Of a stretch of 64,000 nucleotides of DNA, positions 40,801 to 51,643 are shown in pieces. The position numbers and the translations under genes were made by a program. The stretch is from Escherichia coli (lineage in GTDB: Bacteria; Pseudomonadota; Gammaproteobacteria; Enterobacterales; Enterobacteriaceae). Every line of letters begins with the position of its first letter. The first letter of the stretch is position 1. Under the pieces are notes generated by a model that had not been told where the DNA came from, made no database searches, and saw only the letters and a program-made list of their open reading frames with translations. Location of the stretch: NCBI RefSeq assembly GCF_003019035.1, contig NZ_CP027448.1; one strand, given 5' to 3'.

Positions 40801-43073
40801 AGGGAGGCCGGTTCAGCCCGCCCCGGCACAACAACCGTCATCGAATCTTCACTGACGGATGCCACCTGCAGGCGGTCACCGCCGGAGACGCGGAGTCCGG
40901 GAATTTTCCCTGTCACCCTCAGACGCTCGCCGTCTGCCACCGGCATTTTTTCCGGCCGGAACAGCGACCAGCTGCTGTCCAGGGAGGAAATACGCACCAC
41001 CTGCGTTTCGCCCTGCGCATCCCGCAGGGTCAGGCTGTGACTCTGCGCCGTCACCCGATCGATAACATAGAGGTCATGACTGCGTGTCTCCGGGTTCCAC
41101 TGCTCCATCACCATCCCCGGACGGTACATATCCCGCAGATAACGGCTCCGGCTGTCCAGCCAGACCGGTGACAGAGCGGTCATGGTCACCTCCGGGTGTC
41201 CGAGCACGCCCTGTGTTTTCAGCTCACTGCGAACGGCCTGTGTCAGTATGGCCTGTTCCCGTACCCCGCTGACCTGTGCCACGCTCTCTTCTCCGGCTTT
41301 CACGCTGGCCGCAAAATCTCCGGCCAGCCGGGCATAGCGGACATTACGGTCCGGTTCACTGATGATGGTGGCCGGTCGCTGTTCTCCCCCCTGCCAGCGA
41401 TATGTGTTCACCCCGGCATCTTTCATGGCCATCAGTGCACTGCCTGTACCGGTTCGCTGCCCGCTGTCGGTTATCAGGACCTGTACGTTATGACGTGCGG
41501 CACCGTCCAGCAGGGTTAACGTCTCTTTCAGGGAGAGTTTTTCGCCCTGGTCAACGATAACAGTACTGCCCAGCGTGAAGGCCATGCCTTCCAGCAGCTG
41601 ACGACGTCCGGTTATCAGCTCACCGGACAGCCGTTCATCCTGCTTCAGGTTCATCTGCGAGCGACGGTCAGCAGCGATAATCTGCACTTCCCGCCCCTGC
41701 TCCCGGGCCATCATGACCAGTTCAGCCACCCGCTCACGCTGCCCGGCTGCACCGCCCTGCCCGGACACAATGGCCAGCGACGGACGGTCCTGTGCCAGAA
41801 CACTGACGGCATCGCTGTAGCCGGCCGTCCGGGGGACACTTTTCTCCGGATGTACGGTCACCCGGTTCTGTTTCATGATATCGCGACTGAGTGCCCGGAC
41901 TGACAGTTCATCGAGCACATGAATCCCGGACGTGAACAGCCCCTTCTCACGGTCAAGGGGGATGAGTTGCTCACGGCTGATGGCCTCATCGATACCGGCG
42001 CGTGCCCGTTCAATCACACCATTTTCCGGCGGCAGTATACCGACCGTTCTGGCCAGCACGTCCGTGTACGTAAACTGCACTTTTCGTTCACTTAATCCGG
42101 CAATCGCCTGTGTCACCGCCTGCTGCACATCCGGCCCCTCCTGTGAAACAGCCCCGGGCGCCTGCGTGCGGGTCTCCGCACGCTGATCCGCCGCGTCACG
42201 ATATGCCCGGATGTCGAACCCGGTTTCCTTCAGCGTCTGCATCCATTCAGCCATTCTGACTTCAGGATCGACGTGCTGTTTGGATTTTCGCGTATCCAGT
42301 GCCGCCACATCCCGGGATTTCAGCGAGGCGTCCTCCCCGACGGCCTCCCGGATAGTCTGCGAGCGTCCAGAAAAGGCCTCCACCGGTATGCCCAGCATTT
42401 CCCACATACCGTGCTGACCCACCACTTCGGTTTCATAGCCCAGCGCCTCAACCTGCTCTTTCAGTTTTTCCCGGTAGAGCCTGCCAAAGGCAATCTGATT
42501 AGCGTACACATTCTCAATGAACCCCGTTTTCCCCACTTTGTCACTGCTCAGTGTCTTCCATTCGCCGTTATGCTGCGTGACATTAGCCACCACCGCATGC
42601 GTGTGTAACTGTGGTTCCTGATCGCGACTGGTGTCGTGGTTAAACAGTGCCATCACCAGATTACCGGTCAGCACCGTTTCTGACTGTCCGTCCGTCATCA
42701 CCCGTGTGGAGGCCAGCGCCTCCACCTGACGGACAGCAAAATCCACGGCCTGGTTATGTGCTTCAATAAGACGTTTGTCCCCCCCGAGCATGGCCATCAT
42801 GGAGACACTTTTGGGAGCGGAAAAGGTCAGGTCGTAGCCGGGACGATGCCTGTTACGGCCATCCTGCATGCGGCTTAAATCCGCCCCGTCTGGCAACCTG
42901 CCCTCCAGAAGGCGGGTAAAGACATCCTTATCGACACTGCCCTGCAGCCCCAGTTGTTCAGCCCCCTGGCCGGCCCAGCGTTCTCCCATGCTGCCCAGCA
43001 CATAGTAATTATCCTTGTCGGTATAATAGTTCCCGGCACTTCCGGCCGATCTGACCTGCGCAATACTCATCAT
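37803..43073 (-). CDS. traI: TraI relaxase/helicase
   Basis: About 1756-aa protein; N-terminal relaxase (MMSIAQVRSAGSAGNYYTDKDNYY...) plus helicase domains; the track start at 43094 adds 7 residues. Confidence 0.95.
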   Translation of the reverse strand: MMSIAQVRSAGSAGNYYTDKDNYYVLGSMGERWAGQGAEQLGLQGSVDKDVFTRLLEGRLPDGADLSRMQDGRNRHRPGYDLTFSAPKSVSMMAMLGGDKRLIEAHNQAVDFAVRQVEALASTRVMTDGQSETVLTGNLVMALFNHDTSRDQEPQLHTHAVVANVTQHNGEWKTLSSDKVGKTGFIENVYANQIAFGRLYREKLKEQVEALGYETEVVGQHGMWEMLGIPVEAFSGRSQTIREAVGEDASLKSRDVAALDTRKSKQHVDPEVRMAEWMQTLKETGFDIRAYRDAADQRAETRTQAPGAVSQEGPDVQQAVTQAIAGLSERKVQFTYTDVLARTVGILPPENGVIERARAGIDEAISREQLIPLDREKGLFTSGIHVLDELSVRALSRDIMKQNRVTVHPEKSVPRTAGYSDAVSVLAQDRPSLAIVSGQGGAAGQRERVAELVMMAREQGREVQIIAADRRSQMNLKQDERLSGELITGRRQLLEGMAFTLGSTVIVDQGEKLSLKETLTLLDGAARHNVQVLITDSGQRTGTGSALMAMKDAGVNTYRWQGGEQRPATIISEPDRNVRYARLAGDFAASVKAGEESVAQVSGVREQAILTQAVRSELKTQGVLGHPEVTMTALSPVWLDSRSRYLRDMYRPGMVMEQWNPETRSHDLYVIDRVTAQSHSLTLRDAQGETQVVRISSLDSSWSLFRPEKMPVADGERLRVTGKIPGLRVSGGDRLQVASVSEDSMTVVVPGRAEPASLPVSDSPFTALKLENGWVETPGHSVSDSAKVFASVTQMAMDNATLNGLARSGRDVRLYSSLDETRTAENLARHPSFTVVSEQIKARAGETLLETAISLQKAGLHTPAQQAIHLALPVLESKNLAFSMVDLLTEAKSFAAEGTSFTELGGEINAQIKRGDLLYVDVAKGYGTGLLVSRASYEAEKSILRHILEGKEAVTPLMERVPGGVMESLTSGQRAATRMILETSDRFTVVQGYAGVGKTTQFRAVMSAVNMLPESERPRVVGLGPTHRAVGEMRSAGVDAQTLASFLHGTQLQLRSGETPDFSNTLFLLDESSMVGNTDMARAYALIAAGGGRAVASGDTDQLQAIAPGQPFRLQQTRSAADVAIMKEIVRQTPELREAVYSLINRDVERALSGLESVKPSQVPRQEGAWVPEHSVTEFSHSQEAKLAEAQQKAMQNGEAFPDVPMTLYEAIVRDYTGRTPEAREQTLIVTHLNEDRRVLNSMIHDAREKAGELGKEQVMVPVLNTANIRDGELRRLSTWETHRDALVLVDNVYHRIAGISKGDGLITLQDAEGNTRLISPREAVAEGVTLYTPDTIRVGTGDRMRFTKSDRERGYVANSVWTVTAVSGDSVTLSGGQQTRVIRPGQERAEQHIDLAYAITAHGAQGASETFAIALEGTEGSRKQMAGFESAYVALSRMKQHVQVYTDNRQGWTDAINNAEQKGTAHDVFEPKSDREVMNAERLFSTARELRDVAAGRAVLRQAGLAGGDSPARFIAPGRKYPQPYVALPAFDRNGKSAGIWLNPLTTDDGNGLRGFSGEGRVKGSEDAQFVALQGSRNGESLLADNMQDGVRIARDNPDSGVVVRIAGEGRPWNPGAITGGRVWGDIPDNSVQPGAGNGEPVTAEVLAQRQAEEAIRRETERRADEIVRKMAENKPDLPDGKTELAVREIAGQERDRAAITEREAALPDSVLRESQREREAVREVARENLLQERLQQMERDMVRDLQKEKTLGGD

Positions 43074-43154
43074 AAACGTATATCCCTTTGACATATCCCG
43101 GCATCAATCCCACAATGGATATACACAAGACATATCCACATAAGGAGGCAAATA

Positions 43155-43382
43155 ATGGAAACCACCGTATTTCTCAGCAACCGCAGCCAGGCGGTCAGAC
43201 TGCCAAAAGCGGTTGCATTGCCGGAAAACGTAAAACGCGTTGAAGTGATTGCTGTCGGACGAACCCGAATCATTACGCCTGCCGGAGAGACATGGGACGA
43301 ATGGTTCGACGGAAACAGTGTCAGCGCTGATTTTATGGATAACAGGGAACAGCCTGGTATGCAGGAAAGGGAGTCATTCTGA
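43155..43382 (+). CDS. vapB: VapB antitoxin (AbrB/SpoVT-type)
   Basis: 75-aa protein (METTVFLSNRSQAVRLPKAVALPENVKRVEVIAVGRTRIITP...); AAGGAGG RBS; overlaps vapC by ATGA. Confidence 0.8.
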   Translation: METTVFLSNRSQAVRLPKAVALPENVKRVEVIAVGRTRIITPAGETWDEWFDGNSVSADFMDNREQPGMQERESF

Positions 43383-43780
43383 TGCTGAAGTTTATGCTCA
43401 ATACCAACATCTGCATTTTTACGATAAAGAACAAACCCGCCAGTGTCAGGGAACGTTTTAACCTGAACCAGGGGAGAATGTGCATCAGTTCGGTCACTCT
43501 GATGGAGCTGATATATGGTGCAGAAAAAAGCCAGATGCCTGAACGTAATCTCGCTGTGATCGAGGGATTTGTTTCCCGCATTGACGTTCTGGATTACGAC
43601 GCTGCTGCTGCCACACACACCGGCCAGATAAGAGCAGAACTTGCCCGTCAGGGACGCCCTGTCGGGCCATTTGATCAAATGATCGCAGGTCATGCCCGCA
43701 GTCGGGGACTGATTATTGTGACTAATAACACCCGGGAATTTGAACGTGTGGGCGGCCTGAGAATTGAAGACTGGAGTTGA
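43382..43780 (+). CDS. vapC: VapC PIN-domain toxin
   Basis: 132-aa PIN-domain protein (MLKFMLNTNICIF...LMELIYGAEKS...IIVTNNTREF) immediately after vapB. Confidence 0.85.
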   Translation: MLKFMLNTNICIFTIKNKPASVRERFNLNQGRMCISSVTLMELIYGAEKSQMPERNLAVIEGFVSRIDVLDYDAAAATHTGQIRAELARQGRPVGPFDQMIAGHARSRGLIIVTNNTREFERVGGLRIEDWS

Positions 43781-43788
43781 CCTGTTCA

Positions 43789-45942
43789 TCAGAAATCATC
43801 TCCCGGCTCAACATCCTCCCCGCGCTCCCGGTGCACATTAATGTTCACCTCTTCACGACGCTGCATCTGCTGCTGGATGTCCGGATGATTTTCCTGTTGC
43901 CATGCCTCATAAGCGGCCATATCCACCACTTCACCGGATTCACTGATCCCGGGTGGCAGTTGCTGTTCCATCTCTTCTTCCGGTTTCATTTTCAGCTCCT
44001 GCTCGATCCCCCCTACCGGAACATTCACACCTGAATCTGACTTCTTATCGTTGATGGCAGGAGACACCGGCTGTTGCGGCTGTTCAGCCTGAGTCACGTC
44101 TTCTCCGGAAACAACCTCCGGGACATCCGGTTCGAAGAGGCTGGCCATCTGACGACCTTCTGCTTCCCTTGCGGCAAGTACGGCACTCAGACGGTTCTCC
44201 ATTTCCGGGTTGATGTCACGCGGAATAAACTCCGGAGCGACCTTCGGTCGTGTCTGATATTTCAGAGAGAGTTTTACTGCCGGATACGGTCCGGGCAGGG
44301 TGACATAACAGGTCAGATCCGGCAGAGACTGAATGTCGGAATAACTGACCAGCGTCTGGCGCTCCATATCCTTACCGGTCGATACCCCGTCACGTACCGG
44401 ATCAGCACCGTAGGAATACTGCTCGCTGGCTTTCAGGTGCTCTTTCTCACCAATTTCACCGGCAGCGAACTCTGCAATCTTATGGCTGGGAGAACGGAAA
44501 AAGGCACGGGTGTTCATGACGTCAAACAGCGAGGCAGCCGCTTTCTCACCGTAGATATCTTCCAGCTGGGCATAGGACTGGATACCAAACACATAACAGC
44601 CACCGAACTTACGGGCTTCCGGCAGGATCTCCACCAGGTCCGGCAGTTTGTGTAACGTGGGTAACTCATCACAGAAAAACCACACACGACGGTTACGGTT
44701 TTCTCCCATTGCCAGCAGACCACGAATGGCAATGGACAGCCACATGGAGATCACCGGCTTCAGGGAGGCATGGGTGTCGGCATTCGACGAAATAAACAGC
44801 CAGCCGTTTTTCTGATCTTCCCGGACACCACGCATCCAGTCACGGATGGTAAAAGACTCACCGTTATGCTCAATCCCCTGCAGGTAACGGATGGCTTTCA
44901 CGTAGTTGGTCAGCACAGCACGGATGGAAATCGCCGTTTTCTCAATTTTCTCTTCCACCAGGTTGGCCGCCGGTGAATTACGCAGGAAGGTACGCAGTTT
45001 TTCGATTTTGATGGAAAGCAGTGTGTCCACCAGTTTGCTGTAGCTGCGGTTGGGGTCATTACGCATCAGGTACGCCGCTTCCGCAAAAATGGTACGTCCT
45101 GACCCCTGCCAGAACGGGTCCTCTTTTGTGCCCATCGGGATCAGCGTGTTCGCGGTATTATCAAAATCCGGCTGTGTCAGGCACTCCTTCCACAAATCCC
45201 AGGCGGCACAGCGGGCATCCAGCGGATTCAGGATTTTATCGATGGAGGGATCATAGTAACTTTTAACAAATTCCCCTGAACGGTCATAAATCACCACCAT
45301 ATCTCCACGCTGACGGGCGTAGTTGGCCAGACGACGGATAACTTCCGACTTACCGGCCCCGACCGTGCCGTGCAGACAGAAGTTCTGGATTTCGGAATCC
45401 CGGATAATCGGCAGGTCGCCAATCCGTATATCGGAGTCCTTGCCGTCTTTTTTCAGCATCCGGGCAACGTCTTTCGGATTGTCTGTCAGCTGACGACCAC
45501 CTGTGACTTCATTTTCGCTCTGTTGTTTACCCTGACGCCCCAGAATCCAGGAGACAACAAAGAAGGTAATCAGGCAAATAACCAGTGCCACAACTGTGGC
45601 CAGAACGAATGCGGACCATAGCTGCTCTCCGCACCAGATCATATATTTATCATGCAGTACCTGAGCAGCATTCATCCGGAAGGTTTTGCCGTAATACTGG
45701 ATCTCATATACCGGCTGGGACTTGATTAAATCCCGCATGCCTTCCAGCGTGGTACACCACCAGTAAATACAGCCGTTCACAAACGTCTGCCAGCTTATTT
45801 TTACCCATAAAACCAGACCAACGAGTATCCAGAAAAAAATAAACAGGCAGTAAAGCATGATATTGGCGATCTGGCTGAACATGCGGATACGCATGGACGC
45901 AATCTGACCGCCCTGGGTCATATCCTTTGCGTTAAAACTCAT
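43789..45942 (-). CDS. traD: TraD type IV coupling protein
   Basis: 717-aa ATPase with N-terminal TM segments and Walker A (GTVGAGKS); Q/P/E-rich C-terminal tail typical of F TraD. Confidence 0.95.
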   Translation of the reverse strand: MSFNAKDMTQGGQIASMRIRMFSQIANIMLYCLFIFFWILVGLVLWVKISWQTFVNGCIYWWCTTLEGMRDLIKSQPVYEIQYYGKTFRMNAAQVLHDKYMIWCGEQLWSAFVLATVVALVICLITFFVVSWILGRQGKQQSENEVTGGRQLTDNPKDVARMLKKDGKDSDIRIGDLPIIRDSEIQNFCLHGTVGAGKSEVIRRLANYARQRGDMVVIYDRSGEFVKSYYDPSIDKILNPLDARCAAWDLWKECLTQPDFDNTANTLIPMGTKEDPFWQGSGRTIFAEAAYLMRNDPNRSYSKLVDTLLSIKIEKLRTFLRNSPAANLVEEKIEKTAISIRAVLTNYVKAIRYLQGIEHNGESFTIRDWMRGVREDQKNGWLFISSNADTHASLKPVISMWLSIAIRGLLAMGENRNRRVWFFCDELPTLHKLPDLVEILPEARKFGGCYVFGIQSYAQLEDIYGEKAAASLFDVMNTRAFFRSPSHKIAEFAAGEIGEKEHLKASEQYSYGADPVRDGVSTGKDMERQTLVSYSDIQSLPDLTCYVTLPGPYPAVKLSLKYQTRPKVAPEFIPRDINPEMENRLSAVLAAREAEGRQMASLFEPDVPEVVSGEDVTQAEQPQQPVSPAINDKKSDSGVNVPVGGIEQELKMKPEEEMEQQLPPGISESGEVVDMAAYEAWQQENHPDIQQQMQRREEVNINVHRERGEDVEPGDDF

Positions 45943-46085
45943 GATGATATTCCGAAGAAAAAAGTCAGTCGGACTGATTATTAATGATGAAAAGATTAAT
46001 AACCGTTAAATTCCGGCTTCGCCGGCAACACTTCACGGTCGCACAAAGAATTTGCACAACCGCTCAGTGTTTTCATATTTATTTC

Positions 46086-46158
46086 GGAAACGCCGGGGAG
46101 AAATAAAATTTATTTTATTTCTTTCCGGGGTTGGACAACGAGCAAAGCGAGGCGTCAG
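46086..46158. repeat. Conserved ~75-bp hairpin-containing element, copy 2
   Basis: GGAAACGCCGGGG-AGAAATAAAATttATTTTATTTCT-TTCCGGGGTTGGACAACGAGCAAAGCGAGGCGTCAG, 36 nt downstream of the traT stop. Confidence 0.7.
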
Positions 46159-46193
46159 TCAGGAGGCCGGTCAGACCAGCCTCCGGAAGATAA

Positions 46194-46925
46194 TCAGAGA
46201 ATATTTGCGATTGATTTGGCCAGCTGGTCTTCGAGAACAGGCTTCGCCTCTTCAAATTTCAGGTTAACCTTGTTCGCACTGGAGACCACACGGGTCTGAT
46301 ATTTATGCTGGTTACCTGTTTCAGTACTGGTCTGAATTTTCGCACCTGAAGTGCCCTGACGCAGGGCGGCAACATTATCTGTTGTCACCGTTGTCTTAGT
46401 ACGCTCTGCAATCTGCACATCCGTGATCATGGTATAGTTCACATCTTCCACCATCGCATCTGCAGCCATACCCACCAGACCAGCAGCAAGGCCCACACCG
46501 AGTGTGGCACCGGCAGAATTGGAATTATATCCGGTAATACCGGCACCTAACGCTGCACCAACAGCTGCGCCTTCATAACCACGGTTCAGCCATCCCTGAG
46601 ACTCCCGCAGATCCATCTTATCGGCCTTCAGCACATTCGCCTGAATCCAGTAGTAGGCTTTATCCGGAGAAGTCACCACCTGATACCCTTTTGCTTTCAC
46701 AGCATCAGCAATTTTGCCCTGCAGCCCACTCATGTCTTTATCAGACGTGTTTTTGATCTGCAGAAATACCGTGCGTTCGCTGGCGGGTTCAAGCCAGATG
46801 GTCTCACTCATCTGGGTCTTCACCTCAAGGTTACGCTTCTTGATTGCTGTGCTCATCGCACCACACCCTGAAAGGGCCAGAGTGGAACTGACCAGTGCAA
46901 CCATCATCAATTTTTTTGTTTTCAT
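46194..46925 (-). CDS. traT: TraT surface-exclusion / serum-resistance lipoprotein
   Basis: 243-aa lipoprotein (lipobox LSGC) matching F TraT. Confidence 0.9.
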   Translation of the reverse strand: MKTKKLMMVALVSSTLALSGCGAMSTAIKKRNLEVKTQMSETIWLEPASERTVFLQIKNTSDKDMSGLQGKIADAVKAKGYQVVTSPDKAYYWIQANVLKADKMDLRESQGWLNRGYEGAAVGAALGAGITGYNSNSAGATLGVGLAAGLVGMAADAMVEDVNYTMITDVQIAERTKTTVTTDNVAALRQGTSGAKIQTSTETGNQHKYQTRVVSSANKVNLKFEEAKPVLEDQLAKSIANIL

Positions 46926-46938
46926 CCAAAATATCCTT

Positions 46939-47448
46939 TTAACTAACAGACTCTTTTTTGAACAGCCCTATTACTGAGGCTATAGCTGAGAGATTATAAC
47001 GATTTATGTCTATAGCATAAATAAAGAAAAAGATTATAAACAAAGCAATTAATAAAAACTCATATAAGAGTGTATGGGCAAATGAAACCATTGAAAAAGC
47101 AATCAAAAATGACAAGATATAAGTTTTGTTCTTATCATACATAAAAGATATAACTTTCGACTCATCTCTGAATTTTTCAGGGATAGCAAGATACAACATC
47201 ATTCCATTAGTAATGGCAACAAAAAGGATAAAACCCATTACGCCACTAAAACATATATCAAATCCGGCATCTCGGATATCAATTTTATCTGCCAGCAAAC
47301 GAAGAAATGTTGGCCATAATAAAACCCATAAAAACACATACCCCCCTGGCTTTATGACCTGTAATAATGGCGGGATATTAACCCCGTCTACAGAGAGTAC
47401 ATCCTTTAGTTTCTGTGTCTCCATTTTTATATCATAGTGAGTGATCAT
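46939..47448 (-). CDS. traS: TraS entry-exclusion inner-membrane protein
   Basis: AT-rich hydrophobic ORF between traG and traT; assigned by synteny and composition. Confidence 0.6.
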   Translation of the reverse strand: MITHYDIKMETQKLKDVLSVDGVNIPPLLQVIKPGGYVFLWVLLWPTFLRLLADKIDIRDAGFDICFSGVMGFILFVAITNGMMLYLAIPEKFRDESKVISFMYDKNKTYILSFLIAFSMVSFAHTLLYEFLLIALFIIFFFIYAIDINRYNLSAIASVIGLFKKESVS

Positions 47449-50270
47449 AATGGCCCCTTCAGTCGTTCCTTTTTACCATCAATCATTTTTTTCACAGCCT
47501 CTCCTGATGGCTCAGGTATTATCTTTTGACTTTCTCGCTCTTCATTATATTTATTATTCTGAGATAATGCTTCTGTTTTATGGTGATTCTGCAGTTCAGA
47601 ATACTGTCCTCTTACAATATTTTCCTCGCCATGTATGCTGTTCTGAGTATCACCTATATTCCCTTTATATTCTGTGACCATATTATCAACCTGATGTTTT
47701 ACATCATTACGGATATTACTGTCCTGTGTTCTTTGATCAATAATGGCCTGATGCCCCTGATGGTCAGCAATAATATTCTGGCTGCCACCACCCGAAGGTA
47801 CGCTCTCCATTCCTTTACCAATATCGCCACGGGATTCACGCCAGGCATTATCAACACCAGGTTGTACCTGTTCTTGCACAAAAGACCATGCCATCGCCCG
47901 ACGGCGTTCTGCAATCTCCGGTGAACTGGTGTTTGTCAGAATAGCTTCTGCATACTGCGGCGCGTGTTTCATCACATACTGTGCAAACTGTTGCGACAGG
48001 TCTTCACTCATCTGCCCACTCATGCTTTCAGTACGGGATGCCATTTCAGCATATTCATGGCTGCGGGTCATATTCGTCGTGTACTGGTCGTAACTCTGTT
48101 TCGCTGAGTTCAGGGCTGCAGACAACTGGTCCACGCGGGAATCGGCATTATTGTCAGTATGGCTTCCGGATTCACTGACTTTGCGACTGGTAAAGTAATC
48201 GCTGGCCTCTTTAAAGTCCTTACTGGCTCTAGCGTCAATATCATGGCGAGCATCATGGGAAGCCCTGCTGCCACTACTGGCTTCATGTGAGTCCAGATCA
48301 CTACCGTCAATACTGGCTCGCCCACCAACCTTAGCGCCAACATCAACACGCACACCAAAAAGGCTGGGCTTTGCATCTAATCCGGCATGAGCATCACCAT
48401 ACAATCCAGCTGATGCAGTCGTACTTCTCGATGCCAGTTCTCTTGTCGCCTGCTCATTACTGATATTATGCGCCTTCGCATAGCTTTCCACTGCACTGCG
48501 CATACGGCTGGCCATCATGGAGTCCTGAGCACTCATCGTGCTGTCAGCACCACCGGTGACAGAATCACTGCTCCCCCGGTTAGAACCAAACTGACTGAGC
48601 GTGTTCCAGGCACTGGCAATACTGCTGCTGAACCCATGCAGGGCACTTTCTGCTCTGTTCGATGCTTCCCGGGCCATTTCCTGTTGTGCCGCCGCAATCT
48701 GACGCGTTGCATTGATGCCGACCGGTAACCGGGACATCGCTCCGCTTGCATCCATCACCATATTACCATCACGGGTCTGTGTGGCGGTTGCGCCACTGCC
48801 GGTCTGGTACATCATCTGACCAAACGACGTGGTGCTGTTGGTGCTCCAGCTGAAGCCGTTCACGTTCTCCGTCTGCATGTTGCCGTAGGAGTAATTACCG
48901 TCAACCACACTGCCTGCTGCACTGGCGGTCGGGCTGATAGCAGAGGAAGCGAAATGGCTGTACACACTGGAAAATCCTGCCCCGAGCCCCCTGACCATCA
49001 TCCAGGATAATGGCGGGATCATCATGGAAAGATACCCGGCAGTGGAAGCCAGATCGGAGTATTTCAGCTGTATCTGTGAAATTTCCGAGAGCACCACCGG
49101 TGCACCATTCTGCTTCGCATAAAATGTCATGGCGCTGTTCAGAATGGCGTACAACATTGGCCATGACTGCAACCACATCAGGGCAAACACATAGCCTTTC
49201 AGGACGGACAGCGTCAGTTTGTTGAAGACAGCCGCCAGTACCAGGAGCGGGAAAATACCGATGGCGATCCCCGTCAGGATGGTCTGCGTCATGGGCAGTG
49301 TCCGCATCGCCACATGACCGATGGAGACATGTGCCAGACGTTGCTTCTCCATCGATGATGTGGTGGCCAGATTCACCAGGCTGGCCGAATCACCATTACG
49401 TGCGGCATAACTGGTGATCCCCTCCTTCAGCGCATTGATGGTGACATTCTGGCGGATGATCTGGCTGGCTGATTTACTTGAGCCATAGAAGTAACTGTAA
49501 CTGTCGCCAATCAGCGTACTGAACAACAGGTTCGGATCAGGGCGTCCACCAAATAGCTGCTGGGCATAATAATGCCATGTTTTTCCGCCACTCTGTGTGT
49601 CCAGATTCAGCTTGTCTTTCAGCGAAACCGACGCGTCCTTACAGGTCACGAAATTATTATTGCTGTCATAAACGCCCCGCAGCGGACTGGGGCGGGAAAA
49701 AATCAGCGTGTAAGGATCAGCGGAGGCCATCAGTTCCTCCAGCGTGTATTTGTGGTTCAGGTAAATATCCCCCATCACGCAGTTCTGCACATAATCCTGG
49801 AAAAGATTGGCGATTTCCGGATTACGGGACAAAAAGTCGGTGCTTTTTGATACCAGTTCTGCGCCAAACAGCATCCCCGTTTTGCTGTAGGTGACACTGT
49901 CCGGTTGCGTGAAGATCATCTCGTAACTGGCCACCATTGCATGCCCGATACGGGTCGTCAGTGAAAGTGGCATCGCCAGTCCGACCGGCACATTATCCAC
50001 CCGGTGAATTTTGACCAGGTCACTGTTATCAATAATCTGCACCGATGTGCGGACATTAACCAGCAGGCTGATAAGCACAAACACGGCCACCCAGCCCAGC
50101 AAATCCATCACGTTGTGCCGCTGTACCCACATTACGGCCACCGCTAGAACAGACAATGTGAGCGCAATTTTTTCAATGGAATCCCACGTCCGGGTCCCCA
50201 TAAAGGCGGCAATGGCATTCAGGTTATTCCGCAACCACTCACCACCGGCAATCACATAAACTTCATTCAC
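47445..50270 (-). CDS. traG: TraG (pilus assembly / mating-pair stabilisation)
   Basis: 941-aa polytopic protein of F TraG size, between traH and traS. Confidence 0.9.
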   Translation of the reverse strand: MNEVYVIAGGEWLRNNLNAIAAFMGTRTWDSIEKIALTLSVLAVAVMWVQRHNVMDLLGWVAVFVLISLLVNVRTSVQIIDNSDLVKIHRVDNVPVGLAMPLSLTTRIGHAMVASYEMIFTQPDSVTYSKTGMLFGAELVSKSTDFLSRNPEIANLFQDYVQNCVMGDIYLNHKYTLEELMASADPYTLIFSRPSPLRGVYDSNNNFVTCKDASVSLKDKLNLDTQSGGKTWHYYAQQLFGGRPDPNLLFSTLIGDSYSYFYGSSKSASQIIRQNVTINALKEGITSYAARNGDSASLVNLATTSSMEKQRLAHVSIGHVAMRTLPMTQTILTGIAIGIFPLLVLAAVFNKLTLSVLKGYVFALMWLQSWPMLYAILNSAMTFYAKQNGAPVVLSEISQIQLKYSDLASTAGYLSMMIPPLSWMMVRGLGAGFSSVYSHFASSAISPTASAAGSVVDGNYSYGNMQTENVNGFSWSTNSTTSFGQMMYQTGSGATATQTRDGNMVMDASGAMSRLPVGINATRQIAAAQQEMAREASNRAESALHGFSSSIASAWNTLSQFGSNRGSSDSVTGGADSTMSAQDSMMASRMRSAVESYAKAHNISNEQATRELASRSTTASAGLYGDAHAGLDAKPSLFGVRVDVGAKVGGRASIDGSDLDSHEASSGSRASHDARHDIDARASKDFKEASDYFTSRKVSESGSHTDNNADSRVDQLSAALNSAKQSYDQYTTNMTRSHEYAEMASRTESMSGQMSEDLSQQFAQYVMKHAPQYAEAILTNTSSPEIAERRRAMAWSFVQEQVQPGVDNAWRESRGDIGKGMESVPSGGGSQNIIADHQGHQAIIDQRTQDSNIRNDVKHQVDNMVTEYKGNIGDTQNSIHGEENIVRGQYSELQNHHKTEALSQNNKYNEERESQKIIPEPSGEAVKKMIDGKKERLKGPL

Positions 50271-51643
50271 AGTGTGCTCCCTCCGAAGTGATAGTTGTTC
50301 TGGTAACGACTGAGCATGCGGGCGGAAAGCTGCTGACGCATGTAGCTCATCTGACGATCGACAACCAGCAGCGCATCCTGCTGTACCTGCACCTGTGACT
50401 GAAACGCCGCAATCTGCCGGGTGGCATCATTCATGTTGTCGTTAATATGCTCGATAACCGCTTCGTCATAATTTCCCGTGGCCACCATCGCCCGGGCCTG
50501 CTGTATCAGCTCCTGAATGTACTGCAGCAGGATGTCGTAACCGATATAGTCCGTCAGCTGGTAAATCATGCTGTTGGAAACGCCGAGCATCTGCGGGTCA
50601 ACCAGATATTTGAAGACGGGGATGGTGGTACTGGAAATAAAACCTTTTTCCTTGTCATCCAGAGGCGTGTCACTGACCGCTTTGTTCTGAATGCTGGCCA
50701 GAAGTTTAGTAATCTGAGACTTCAGTGCATTATCCCGGCTGATGGTCACCGGTGTGTCAGCCACCACTTTCAGGCATTTATCAGAATCGTTGCAGTGATA
50801 AATTTTTGCTGTGCCGCCTTCCATCATGGCCCGGATAATTGAGCGGTCAGAGGTTCTGGCTGACAGCGGTGTGATTTCGCCGTTGGGACCAAACACCAGT
50901 GAGCCGGTCAGCGTCATCACAAATTCTTTCAGCTCTTTGTTGCCGTCAAACATTCTGTTTTTGGAAAGCGCATTCCACATGATGTTGATGTTTTTGGTCA
51001 CCCGCTCCTTATCCTTGTCGCTGGCTTTATCCCTGACACTGTCAGATTTCCCGCCAACGGTACATCCCTGCCGGGAAGCCGCCCAGTCAGCAAAAATATT
51101 GCTCTCACCGGCAATGTCCTGACAGACTTTCTGCTGGGACACCTGCGTCCGGGGGAAAAGCCCGCCGATAATCCCCTGTGCAGCCTGGCAGGAACTGAGG
51201 TTCATACTGTTAATGTCGCTTGCCATTTTCTGCACGAAGTCTTTTGCGGTTTTTATTTCCGGCACCGTTGTCTGCAGGGCAAGGTCAAAAAAGTAACCGG
51301 CAGCATTGCTCATAATCTGCTTAACAAAACGCTGCAACTGCTCACCATTAATAAAACTGAACGAGCCGAGATAGGCGTCGATGCCGCCACATCCAGCATT
51401 GATATCCGGCAGCGTCATGGAAATTAGCTGAACATTTTTGACCTGAGTACGGGCATACAGGGAGCCACCGTAAGCATAGCCGGCGGCCTGCCCCTGCCAG
51501 ACGCCCGGCTGTGTGGTATTGGAAGCAAATCCCAGCTTATTAAAGAACTGATTCATGTCGCTGTTCACATCCGCTGACGCTGCAGGCGTCACCGTCAGTA
51601 AGGCGGCACAAAGAACCAGAAGAGGTTTAATGCGTGGCATCAT
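50267..51643 (-). CDS. traH: TraH (pilus assembly)
   Basis: 458-aa secreted protein (MMPRIKPLLVLCAALLTVTPAASA...) in F order. Confidence 0.9.
   Translation of the reverse strand: MMPRIKPLLVLCAALLTVTPAASADVNSDMNQFFNKLGFASNTTQPGVWQGQAAGYAYGGSLYARTQVKNVQLISMTLPDINAGCGGIDAYLGSFSFINGEQLQRFVKQIMSNAAGYFFDLALQTTVPEIKTAKDFVQKMASDINSMNLSSCQAAQGIIGGLFPRTQVSQQKVCQDIAGESNIFADWAASRQGCTVGGKSDSVRDKASDKDKERVTKNINIMWNALSKNRMFDGNKELKEFVMTLTGSLVFGPNGEITPLSARTSDRSIIRAMMEGGTAKIYHCNDSDKCLKVVADTPVTISRDNALKSQITKLLASIQNKAVSDTPLDDKEKGFISSTTIPVFKYLVDPQMLGVSNSMIYQLTDYIGYDILLQYIQELIQQARAMVATGNYDEAVIEHINDNMNDATRQIAAFQSQVQVQQDALLVVDRQMSYMRQQLSARMLSRYQNNYHFGGSTL

Noticed and set aside
43070-43789. 239-aa minus-strand ORF spanning the traD-traI junction
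   Set aside because: It is antisense to the well-supported vapB and vapC genes, has no recognisable domain or RBS, and is explained by low stop-codon density opposite real genes.
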